From: a virus | Reading direction: 5' to 3' (one strand) | Length of the DNA: 46,760 nucleotides | IMG/VR virus record: IMGVR_UViG_3300025782_000022 | Shown here: in pieces, positions 17,292 to 24,350 of the stretch | Layout: each line of letters opens with the position of its first letter | How positions within the stretch are numbered: the stretch's first letter is position 1 | Made by a program: the position numbers and the translations under genes | Notes under the pieces: generated by a model | The model's input: the letters and a program-made list of their open reading frames with translations, nothing else | Databases searched by the model: none | Told to the model about the DNA's origin: nothing

Positions 17292-17699
17292 AGCGTAGCG
17301 AACACCTTGAATAAAGGAATATTGATAAGCTCCACTAACCATATGATGTTGAAATTTTCTAATTTCCTCATCCGTCAAAGGCTTGCGTTTTGGTGGTTTT
17401 GTGTAAAGTTTTGCGCCAATAAGTGATTCAGCATCAATGCCTTTTCGTAACATTCCTTCAATAATCCCACCAATTTTTATTTTAGTAACTAACACTATGG
17501 GCTCATCCTGCTCTTGCTTTAATGCTTCTTCTAGGTATTCAACAACTGATTGCAAATGGTCTGATAATGAGTCTTTGCCACAAAAACATCTGTTGTATTC
17601 GCCTTCATCATGGAGAAAACAATTGTCTCCGTGTGGTCGCAAATTGTCTTGTGCGATTTTCATCGCCTCAATCGCTTGTTTCAATACTTTTTTAGTCAT
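17265..17699 (-). CDS. Paralog-array member 3 (144 aa; ...EQDEPI...LYTKPPKRKPLTDEEI...AESAHGIKE)
   Basis: N-terminus MTKKVLKQAIEAM and C-terminus ESAHGIKE are shared with the neighbour. A 39-bp DNA repeat spans its 3' junction. Confidence 0.7.
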   Translation of the reverse strand: MTKKVLKQAIEAMKIAQDNLRPHGDNCFLHDEGEYNRCFCGKDSLSDHLQSVVEYLEEALKQEQDEPIVLVTKIKIGGIIEGMLRKGIDAESLIGAKLYTKPPKRKPLTDEEIRKFQHHMVSGAYQYSFIQGVRYAESAHGIKE

Positions 17700-17729
17700 G
17701 TGTTACTCCTTTATGCCGTGTGCGGATTC
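17691..17729. repeat. 39-bp gene-junction repeat, copy B
   Basis: tttagtcatgtgttactcctttatgccgtgTgcggattc. Confidence 0.9.
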
Positions 17730-17969
17730 TATAGCTCTGGCAAATGCGTAAAGTTGGTTGTATTGACGGTCTATATCTAAAGTTGAATCAAAATAAATCT
17801 CATCTATTTGCTGATTCGTTAAAGGCTTACTTTGCTTTAGTGCTTCTATTAAAGATTCAATTGCCAAATCATTGACTACATCTTTTTTTTCTAAAGGGTT
17901 TCCCTGATTATCATAATATGTGCAATTTGTTAATGCTTTAAGGGCTTGTTTCATTACTTCTTTATTCAT
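17703..17969 (-). CDS. Paralog-array member 2 (88 aa; MNKEVMKQALKAL...FARAIESAHGIKE)
   Basis: Motifs shared with 17265..17699. Confidence 0.7.
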   Translation of the reverse strand: MNKEVMKQALKALTNCTYYDNQGNPLEKKDVVNDLAIESLIEALKQSKPLTNQQIDEIYFDSTLDIDRQYNQLYAFARAIESAHGIKE

Positions 17970-18172
17970 AGCTCAACTCCAAAATGTTTCTTAATATGAT
18001 AACTGGGCCATTCAACTTTCATAGTCACCTGAGCCATGCCTTCATCAGCGGCCTTTATACATTCTTTAACAATCAACTCGGCAAACTTATGAAGCAATTT
18101 AGATTCGTTGGTGTGAATTCCAGACTCAATAGCAAGTTCTTTAATTCGTTTGTTTATTACTTCTTTAGTCAT
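17966..18172 (-). CDS. Paralog-array member 1 (68 aa; MTKEVINKRIKEL...FAELIVKEC)
   Basis: ATGA coupling and a shared N-terminal MTKEV motif. Confidence 0.65.
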   Translation of the reverse strand: MTKEVINKRIKELAIESGIHTNESKLLHKFAELIVKECIKAADEGMAQVTMKVEWPSYHIKKHFGVEL

Positions 18173-18354
18173 AGGTTTTCACACAAAGTTTTAGCCAAAG
18201 CCATCATCGCTTTTTTAAAATCTTCGTCAGTTTCTATTTTGCGCAATTCCCAAAACAAAGTTCCATCTGGTTCAATCCGAAAAACTTCTTTTCCAAACTC
18301 GCTTGTAATTTTGAAATAGTGTTCTTCTTGTAATTTAAGTGGTTCAAGCATCAT
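18169..18354 (-). CDS. Hypothetical protein (61 aa)
   Basis: Coupled ORF in the early operon. Confidence 0.55.
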   Translation of the reverse strand: MMLEPLKLQEEHYFKITSEFGKEVFRIEPDGTLFWELRKIETDEDFKKAMMALAKTLCENL

Positions 18355-18583
18355 ATTCTTCCTTTATTTCTGTTAGTTTTTCAATAATTAATTCAAAATC
18401 TTCATCATCAAATAATTTGGTTACATCGTTATTTTCAAACCAAATTGCATTAATTTGATATTCATCTGGAGTATCTGGTTCGTTTAACTGACCCCATTTG
18501 TCCTTACTTCCCTCGCATCCAGGCTCAAAGCTAAACTCTACGTCTATGCTTCCATTCTTCCATTCGACTGTTTTTGTAATCAT
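18344..18583 (-). CDS. Strongly acidic small early protein (about 79 aa; the ORF-track start at 18628 is also possible)
   Basis: The ATG at 18583 follows SD aaggaaa at good spacing. I counted 22 D/E in 79 aa, with a C-terminal DDEDFELIIEKLTEIKEEYDA. Confidence 0.55.
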   Translation of the reverse strand: MITKTVEWKNGSIDVEFSFEPGCEGSKDKWGQLNEPDTPDEYQINAIWFENNDVTKLFDDEDFELIIEKLTEIKEEYDA

Positions 18584-18716
18584 GCGTTCTTTCCTTGCGA
18601 TAGCGTTTGCAATTATCTTTTTTTTCATAAATCATCTTTAATACTAGCCAACTAATCATTATGCAGAAAAAATAAGGAAATGATTCATAAGCCAATATTA
18701 AGAGTAATTTATTCAT
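18531..18716 (-). CDS. Small membrane protein candidate (61 aa)
   Basis: The ATG at 18716 forms an ATGA overlap with the stop of 18713..18997. Hydrophobic LLLILAYESFPYFFCIMISWLVL. It overlaps the next gene by about 50 nt. Confidence 0.4.
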   Translation of the reverse strand: MNKLLLILAYESFPYFFCIMISWLVLKMIYEKKDNCKRYRKERTHDYKNSRMEEWKHRRRV

Positions 18717-18997
18717 TCTTTTGACCAAATGGTTTCACATTCAGTTTTAGCAATTCCCCAACCCTCACATTCTTTTAGATATTTTTCTCTTAATGGGTTT
18801 TGCTTTTCTGGTTCAATTACCGTTTGACTGATAATTTCTTCTTTAGGTTCTGCGGTTTTGACGGCGGGTTGATGGGTCAATATCACATACACGACCACAA
18901 CACCTGCAACCATGAGTAATTGCCGCCAAAACACCATAACCAACAATGCCAAGGCTACTGCACCGTAATCAAAGTATTGGTTCACAATACACCCCAA
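18713..18997 (-). CDS. Membrane protein (start uncertain; TTG 18997 or ATG 18937)
   Basis: Hydrophobic AVALALLVMVFWRQLLMVAGVVVVYVIL followed by a soluble C-terminus. Confidence 0.55.
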   Translation of the reverse strand: MGCIVNQYFDYGAVALALLVMVFWRQLLMVAGVVVVYVILTHQPAVKTAEPKEEIISQTVIEPEKQNPLREKYLKECEGWGIAKTECETIWSKE

Positions 18998-19226
18998 CTG
19001 GTACTAATACTTTGCCCTGCTCGGTATGAACACTCAAATAATTTATATTTGGGTGCATCTTGGCGTAAATACATTGTTTAGACTGCTGAACCACTTCGTT
19101 GTTATCCATCGCTTCTACCCCCTTAAAATTAAGCAATGGATACACTTTTGGCGGCGGTGTTTCTTGTTTGACCTGGCTTGCACAACCAGTCATTAAAATA
19201 AATGCTAATAATATTAATTTTTTCAT
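18969..19226 (-). CDS. Small lipoprotein (85 aa)
   Basis: Signal peptide with lipobox MKKLILLAFILMTGCASQ. Confidence 0.7.
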   Translation of the reverse strand: MKKLILLAFILMTGCASQVKQETPPPKVYPLLNFKGVEAMDNNEVVQQSKQCIYAKMHPNINYLSVHTEQGKVLVPVGVYCEPIL

Positions 19227-19390
19227 TTGTTTTCCTTTTCTTTCATCATTGCATCTGCCATTTGGTATGCGGCCTTAGCTGTTTGTTCTGGAGTAACCCC
19301 CTCATAAACAATTCCTTCCATAGCCAACCCCGCAAACCAATCCCTTAAAGTTGGTTCTTCATTTGGACTTTCAATTTCAAATATTTTCAT
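19223..19390 (-). CDS. Small protein (55 aa) missed by the ORF track
   Basis: Hand translation gives MKIFEIESPNEEPTLRDWFAGLAMEGIVYEGVTPEQTAKAAYQMADAMMKEKENK. It has ATGA overlaps at both ends (19387-19390 and 19223-19226). Confidence 0.7.
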   Translation of the reverse strand: MKIFEIESPNEEPTLRDWFAGLAMEGIVYEGVTPEQTAKAAYQMADAMMKEKENK

Positions 19391-19674
19391 TTGTTTTCCT
19401 TTGTTTCGTATGTAAGTGATTGCAAATTAGCAATTGAATTATCAATTTGTTTTATTTTTGCCCAATAATCCTCTTGAATTTTTTTCTTTTCTTTATTAAG
19501 TATTTCAATTTGTCTTGCAGTTGGGTCAAAATTATCAGGAATTTCAACATCAAATTCATGTTTCATAACAATTACTCGATATTGAGTTTCCATTTCAAAC
19601 GGGAAAAAATCATATTGAGGATCACCAATATGACCTAAATCTTGATGTATAAATCCTTTCATTGTTACTTTCAT
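19387..19674 (-). CDS. Hypothetical protein (95 aa)
   Basis: ORF with SD aaaggaaatgaa upstream. Confidence 0.6.
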   Translation of the reverse strand: MKVTMKGFIHQDLGHIGDPQYDFFPFEMETQYRVIVMKHEFDVEIPDNFDPTARQIEILNKEKKKIQEDYWAKIKQIDNSIANLQSLTYETKENK

Positions 19675-19698
19675 TTCATTTCCTTTAAAGTTAATATA

Positions 19699-19971
19699 TT
19701 AAAACGGATTATCAGATTCCATATCGCCAAAACCGCTTCGATCAATTTTGGGTTTTTGATCTTCTTTTGGTCTTGTTTTGTCAAATGGGTCATTTAAATA
19801 GCACCAACCATCCCAACCGCCTCTAACAACAGGTATGTTGTCAATCTTAATCATGTCGCCATATTTGGTTTCTATCAGCCGTCCAACGGTTCGATAGACA
19901 TTCTTTTCTTGTCCATTTGCATCGGTGTATTTTTCAATTACTGCAACCAATTCTTTTTTTGTTTTTGACAT
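19699..19971 (-). CDS. Small protein with SSB-like acidic C-terminal tip (putative ssDNA-binding/recombination accessory)
   Basis: Ends ...GFGDMESDNPF, resembling the D-D-D-I-P-F tip of bacterial SSB. Sits two genes downstream of Bet/Exo. Confidence 0.4.
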   Translation of the reverse strand: MSKTKKELVAVIEKYTDANGQEKNVYRTVGRLIETKYGDMIKIDNIPVVRGGWDGWCYLNDPFDKTRPKEDQKPKIDRSGFGDMESDNPF

Positions 19972-19982
19972 TTTTGTATCCT

Positions 19983-20345
19983 TTATAAAAATCTAACTAC
20001 TTCAACACCCCGATCAATAATCCTGGTCGCATACGTTCCTTTGCCCCAATTGGTCGAACACCAAGCACTCAAGGAACTTTGCAAGTGTTCAGGCTCAAAT
20101 TCGCCATTTGGGATTAATACAGAATTACCTATTCCAATATCTTTAACGTATGGAAAATAATAGTTTTTAAGCGTACCCATTGCATATTTCAAGGGTCGTT
20201 TTTTACTATCGTTAACTTCCAAATTACCCATTTTTTTACCATTTGGAGTAATAATTGCAAATTGGCATTTCATGTTTTGCAAAATTTGAACTGCTTTGTT
20301 AATTGCTACATCTTCAATGGTGCTAATTTCGGTCAATAAATCCAT
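19983..20345 (-). CDS. Hypothetical protein (120 aa) in the recombination operon
   Basis: ORF in tight spacing after the exonuclease gene. Confidence 0.6.
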   Translation of the reverse strand: MDLLTEISTIEDVAINKAVQILQNMKCQFAIITPNGKKMGNLEVNDSKKRPLKYAMGTLKNYYFPYVKDIGIGNSVLIPNGEFEPEHLQSSLSAWCSTNWGKGTYATRIIDRGVEVVRFL

Positions 20346-20347
20346 GA

Positions 20348-20992
20348 TTATTTCGCCTTCTCTAAAATTTGTTGTTCCAATAAATCCACTTCAGTTAAAA
20401 ATTGATCTAACGCTTTTTCGTATGCCGCCAACTCATCCTTGGTCGGCACAAATCTAAATACAAACAACTTCAGCTTTTCGGGCATATCTTCGTTGTAACT
20501 AATAAAGTCGCAATATTCAGCACCAGTAGTCAATATGTTGTGAATAACTTGTGCGTAATAGTTTGGTGGCACTCGATTTTCTTCAATATATTCGTAGTGA
20601 ATTGCAGGTATTGGGCATTTGATTTCAATGATTCCCTTACGGTTATCCACAAATCCATCAACAGAACAACCGTATTGTTTACCATCCTGGTAACAAAAAC
20701 CTGCTTCTTCGATCATGTTGCCAGATTGAATTTCATAAGCCATACGAGCAAACTTCTCAAGTTCGTTACCCCTTTCGATGTGTTTGTTGGTAAAGTTTTC
20801 CTCTGAAATTTTCTTTGTAATGCGTTGGAGGGACAATTGAAAACGGTAATTGCGGCGGGTAGTCGCTTCAGAACCTTTTGTACGCCCTTGGGCGATGACT
20901 GCTGATGCGTTACTACCAGTTGCCTTGCCCAAACGATCTACGAACCATTCTGGCGTTCCCTGCTCATTTGCGGAAATGATTAAGTTACTCAT
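20348..20992 (-). CDS. YqaJ/lambda-Exo-like recombination exonuclease
   Basis: N-terminal GTPEWFVDRLGKATGSNASAVIA (YqaJ signature) and a PD-(D/E)XK-like ...DGFVD...IIEIKCP. Confidence 0.8.
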   Translation of the reverse strand: MSNLIISANEQGTPEWFVDRLGKATGSNASAVIAQGRTKGSEATTRRNYRFQLSLQRITKKISEENFTNKHIERGNELEKFARMAYEIQSGNMIEEAGFCYQDGKQYGCSVDGFVDNRKGIIEIKCPIPAIHYEYIEENRVPPNYYAQVIHNILTTGAEYCDFISYNEDMPEKLKLFVFRFVPTKDELAAYEKALDQFLTEVDLLEQQILEKAK

Positions 20993-21806
20993 TGTTTTCC
21001 TTTGGTTCTACGTCCGTAATAGTTTTTTCTTTTTCCAATTTTTCAAGGTAAGCCCTGCGCTCTTTGACCGCATCCTTAAAATCCTTGTTATTGGTCTTGT
21101 TGTCCAAAAATGCTTTATTGCCCTCTTGCCAAACTGAAGCCAACGCATCAAGGTTTTCTGACGTTTTAGCCGCTTCAATCCAATCTGCAATTTGCGAATC
21201 GTTCATTTGCACTATGGGTAGTGGTTTAACGTCCTGGGCTTCTTTAATTCGCTGATATTCATCTTCGTCAAAGATTCCAACGTAACCAAATGCAAGCCTG
21301 GCGCATTGAATCAATGCTTTGTGCCGCAACATCCTTTTGGTATGAGTTTGCCAAGCACCAGTCACCGTAGAACCGTATTTGCTTGTAAATTGTGCTCTGT
21401 AAGTTTCGTCCAAGTATTCACGAACCCGAATAGGCTTTTCCCTATCTTTGCGGCTTATGATGCACTCAATCCATTCAGGACAAGGTTTAGCACCTTCCAT
21501 CGTGACCATCACATCAGACTGCGCAAACTCGATGCCGTCCAAAGTTTTGTTTTCGTTAATGATTCGTGACCAACCATCAATTCCCACAACTGGGACGATG
21601 CCGTTGTTTTTGTCAGGAAAAGCGTAAATCTCTTTGGTAAAGGGATTCAAACCATACTGATTGGCAACAATTAAAAGGGCGGTTAACTGCGCTTCGGTAG
21701 CTTCGCCCTTAAATGCGGTTTGTTTAAGTGTTTGAACCAAGTTTGCATCTGAACCCATTCCAAAACGGTCAGCAAGCGTATTGCTAAGTGTAATTAATCC
21801 TGACAT
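20985..21806 (-). CDS. Bet/RecT-family single-strand annealing protein
   Basis: LNPFTKEIYAFPDKNNGIVPVVGIDGWSRIINE motif. Start set at ATG 21806 after SD ggagga (the ORF-track start 21833 is upstream). Confidence 0.8.
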   Translation of the reverse strand: MSGLITLSNTLADRFGMGSDANLVQTLKQTAFKGEATEAQLTALLIVANQYGLNPFTKEIYAFPDKNNGIVPVVGIDGWSRIINENKTLDGIEFAQSDVMVTMEGAKPCPEWIECIISRKDREKPIRVREYLDETYRAQFTSKYGSTVTGAWQTHTKRMLRHKALIQCARLAFGYVGIFDEDEYQRIKEAQDVKPLPIVQMNDSQIADWIEAAKTSENLDALASVWQEGNKAFLDNKTNNKDFKDAVKERRAYLEKLEKEKTITDVEPKENNE

Positions 21807-21807
21807 T

Positions 21808-21927
21808 TCAATTCCTCCAAACAAATGAATCAAGTACCATAACTATGATGGCAAAGGTATATGCAACCACAAATAATGCGGTTTCAACTTTTAAAAATAG
21901 GGGGGATTTTTCGATGGGTGTTTTCAT
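21808..21927 (-). CDS. Small TM protein candidate (39 aa)
   Basis: Hand translation gives MKTPIEKSPLFLKVETALFVVAYTFAIIVMVLDSFVWRN. SD aaaggaaaaaaaatg upstream. Its stop abuts the Bet start. Confidence 0.45.
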   Translation of the reverse strand: MKTPIEKSPLFLKVETALFVVAYTFAIIVMVLDSFVWRN

Positions 21928-21940
21928 TTTTTTTCCTTTA

Positions 21941-22186
21941 TTAACGTGCAACGTCACCAACTAATTGACCGTCCATAATTTTGAACAGAACTGCTTTTGC
22001 TATGTTTAGGGTTTGTCTTGCAGATTCAGGGCAGTCGTTTGCAATAAATTCTTGGGCATCGCTTATAAGCCCCGCAACTATCATGTTTGCTCCAGTTGTT
22101 TTATATGTAAAACTGGTTTTAATACTGCGTTCAATATAAAGATCAATATCAGGTATGCCGTACATTTCGCTTTGATTGTTTTTCAT
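21941..22186 (-). CDS. Hypothetical early protein (81 aa)
   Basis: ORF with an SD. Confidence 0.6.
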   Translation of the reverse strand: MKNNQSEMYGIPDIDLYIERSIKTSFTYKTTGANMIVAGLISDAQEFIANDCPESARQTLNIAKAVLFKIMDGQLVGDVAR

Positions 22187-22248
22187 TTAATTTCCTTTTT
22201 AATTTACTTTTGAATTTAATTTATGGGGAATTTCACCCCATCCAATCA

Positions 22249-22644
22249 TTAAAACGTAAAATCGTAATATTTTTCCATTTGTCCGATTCTTAATCCCCCA
22301 GTACCTTTTACCCATCTATTGGTTTCGGGATTTCTGTAAACCCTTGTCCAATAACCAGTAGCATCTTGGCGGTAATAGCTGATGTTGCCGCCATCGGCGT
22401 AAGGTAAGTATTCATAACTTTGAGATTCTGTAAGACCACCGCTATCGGTTCTGATGGCGTTCATTTCTTCAACCGCTATTGCAGTTAATTTGCCAATCAT
22501 AAAAACTTCAGTAATCCTGCCAGGATAGCGGTCAGTCCAACCAAGCATTGTTACGCCCATGCCTACTTCTGGGTTTGGTTGACCATTTGTGCTACGAGCA
22601 TAAATGTTGTTGATGAGGCTTGCAGTTTGTGTTCCGATTTTCAT
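22249..22644 (-). CDS. Hypothetical early protein (131 aa), first gene of the leftward operon
   Basis: ORF with SD aaaaggaaaaaaaatg. Confidence 0.65.
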   Translation of the reverse strand: MKIGTQTASLINNIYARSTNGQPNPEVGMGVTMLGWTDRYPGRITEVFMIGKLTAIAVEEMNAIRTDSGGLTESQSYEYLPYADGGNISYYRQDATGYWTRVYRNPETNRWVKGTGGLRIGQMEKYYDFTF

Positions 22645-22714
22645 TTTTTTTCCTTTTTAAGTTTTTATTAAAAACATCAGTTTCTGTCCTGATGCTTCTT
22701 ATTGTCTACGAAAT

Positions 22715-22743
22715 TTGACAAAATAAACAAAAAACCCGATAAA
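22715..22743 (+). promoter_or_regulatory. Candidate rightward sigma70-type promoter (TTGACA-17 nt-GATAAA)
   Basis: Perfect -35 TTGACA at 22715-22720 with a 17-nt spacer. The -10 is weak (gataaa/taaata). Confidence 0.45.
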
Positions 22744-22764
22744 TATTTCAATGTGTTGTTTTTT

Positions 22765-22782
22765 TATCAACATTTGTTGATA
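22765..22782. promoter_or_regulatory. Operator-like palindrome TATCAAC-attt-GTTGATA
   Basis: Perfect 7-bp arms, 11 nt upstream of the Cro-like gene. It lies between a TTGTTT -35-like box and a TACAAT -10-like box. There is a third tgttg half-site at 22754-22758. Confidence 0.55.
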
Positions 22783-22792
22783 CAATTACAAC

Positions 22793-22954
22793 ATGGACAT
22801 TCAAAAAGCAATAGAACTAGCAGGAAGTCAAAGCAAATTAGCCCGAATATTAGGAGTATCTAGGGCGGTTGTCCATTCTTGGACAAAAAGAAGTTTGCCT
22901 GAAATGCGAATTTGGCAATTAAAAGTATTGCGACCTGAATGGTTTAAGTTATAA
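22793..22954 (+). CDS. Cro/YdaS-like HTH regulator (53 aa), below the ORF-track cutoff
   Basis: Hand translation gives MDIQKAIELAGSQSKLARILGVSRAVVHSWTKRSLPEMRIWQLKVLRPEWFKL. This is the classic ...GSQSKLARILGVSRAVVHSW HTH. Confidence 0.75.
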   Translation: MDIQKAIELAGSQSKLARILGVSRAVVHSWTKRSLPEMRIWQLKVLRPEWFKL

Positions 22955-23053
22955 TTTTTTTCAAATACGGCTAGGGTAGCTCCCGAAAAGACGATTCGTT
23001 ACCGTCCTGCCGACATTGTTTTAGTAACGGCAACCAATTAACGTAAGGTTTAA

Positions 23054-23287
23054 ATGGCAACATTAACTCTCAAAAAAGCCAAACCTATTGGCGAAATTTC
23101 TCTCCCCAATCTTGATGGCAAATTTGTCGTTATGCGACAGTCTCGCCATGTCAAATCATTTAGATTTACCTGTTACATGGATACGCATGAACAAGCCATG
23201 CGTGAAGCTAATAGGTTAACAAAAGCTAACCAAACAGAGCGTTATCTTGTGCTTCAAGTACAAGGTTCCGCTGATTGGGAGGCTTAA
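23054..23287 (+). CDS. Hypothetical protein (77 aa)
   Basis: ORF with SD taaggt. TAATG coupling to the next gene. Confidence 0.6.
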   Translation: MATLTLKKAKPIGEISLPNLDGKFVVMRQSRHVKSFRFTCYMDTHEQAMREANRLTKANQTERYLVLQVQGSADWEA

Positions 23288-24051
23288 TGCACTATTACAA
23301 ATTTAATATTGCCGATTATCGGAAAGATACGGGGCATTTAAATACTATCGAGCATGGCATTTATCGTCAGCTTATTGATTGGTATTATTTGGATGAAAAA
23401 CCAATCCCACATGAAACCCAAGTGGTTATCAGGCGGTTACGTTTGGGTTCTGACGAGGAAAAATATTTAGAAATAATCCTTAAAGAATTCTTTAAAAATA
23501 CGTCCAAAGGATATGTACATACAAGAATTGAAGTTGATATTCATGGTTATCAAGAAAATTCTGATAAAAATAGAGCCAATGGAAAGCTAGGTGGCAGACC
23601 AAAGAAAACCCAGTCGGTTATTTCTGGGTTATTAAATGAAACCGAATCAAAAGGCAACCATAAACCATTAACCATTAACCAAGAACCATTAACCAATATA
23701 AATACTATACAGGCGGGAAACAAGTTTCCCCCTTGTCCTAGTCAGCAGATTTTAGAATTATGGAAAAAGCATTTGCCACATTTAACGCAACCCAGAACCT
23801 GGGAAGGCAATCGGCAGTCAAACCTTAAAAACCGTTGGATACAGGCAAGCAAGCACTCCGATTACTCTGACGGCTACACAAACTTAGAAGAAGGCATCCA
23901 TTGGTGGGATTCCTTTTTTGAGTACATCGCAAAAGACACAAAACTGGCAAGCGGTTTCGAGAGCAAGGATAGAACCTGGAAGCCAGATTTGGAGTGGGTG
24001 GTAAATGCAAGCAATTTTCAAAAAATTATTGATGGGAAGTACAACAAATGA
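23287..24051 (+). CDS. DUF1376 (YdaU)-family replication-associated protein
   Basis: MHYYKFNIADYRKDTGHLNTIEHGIYRQLIDWYYLDEKPIP matches the DUF1376 N-terminal signature. Start moved to ATG 23287 after SD gggagg. Confidence 0.7.
   Translation: MHYYKFNIADYRKDTGHLNTIEHGIYRQLIDWYYLDEKPIPHETQVVIRRLRLGSDEEKYLEIILKEFFKNTSKGYVHTRIEVDIHGYQENSDKNRANGKLGGRPKKTQSVISGLLNETESKGNHKPLTINQEPLTNINTIQAGNKFPPCPSQQILELWKKHLPHLTQPRTWEGNRQSNLKNRWIQASKHSDYSDGYTNLEEGIHWWDSFFEYIAKDTKLASGFESKDRTWKPDLEWVVNASNFQKIIDGKYNK
23655..23697. repeat. Iteron-like direct repeats (AACCAT(T/A)A x4) inside the DUF1376 gene
   Basis: caaccataaaccattaaccattaaccaagaaccattaaccaa, followed by an AT-rich stretch and a perfect 7-bp inverted repeat gggaaac-aa-gtttccc (23715-23730). 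Confidence 0.5.
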
Positions 24052-24350
24052 GTTTTAAAAAATCAACAACGCAAGAATCAGAAGTTGACGATTCAAAGTA
24101 TTATTGTTCTGTATCAGGATGCGGGGCAAGATGGTCAATCAACCTTGGGATACCAAAATGTTCGTATCACCAATGGAACAGGGATACGCATAGTGGATAC
24201 GAAAATATTTACATGAAGTTGGAAACCCCAATTAATGACGGCAGGGATTGGGCACGATTGATACTTCAAAAATATCAGATGGGTTATAAAGTCAGACCTA
24301 TCAGCTTAAAATTTGCTAAAGAAGCATTAAGGATTACAGTTGAAACTTGA
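24048..24350 (+). CDS. Hypothetical Cys/His-containing protein (100 aa)
   Basis: ATGA coupling; YYCSVSGCGARW...PKCSYHQW. Confidence 0.6.
   Translation: MSFKKSTTQESEVDDSKYYCSVSGCGARWSINLGIPKCSYHQWNRDTHSGYENIYMKLETPINDGRDWARLILQKYQMGYKVRPISLKFAKEALRITVET

Noticed and set aside
22955-23053. A 99-bp gap after the Cro-like gene, examined for a tRNA, small RNA or nut-like site
   Set aside because: It has only short stems (gcta-ggg-tagc; cgttac...gtaacg with a 21-nt loop). There is no cloverleaf and no T-tract, so nothing I can support.
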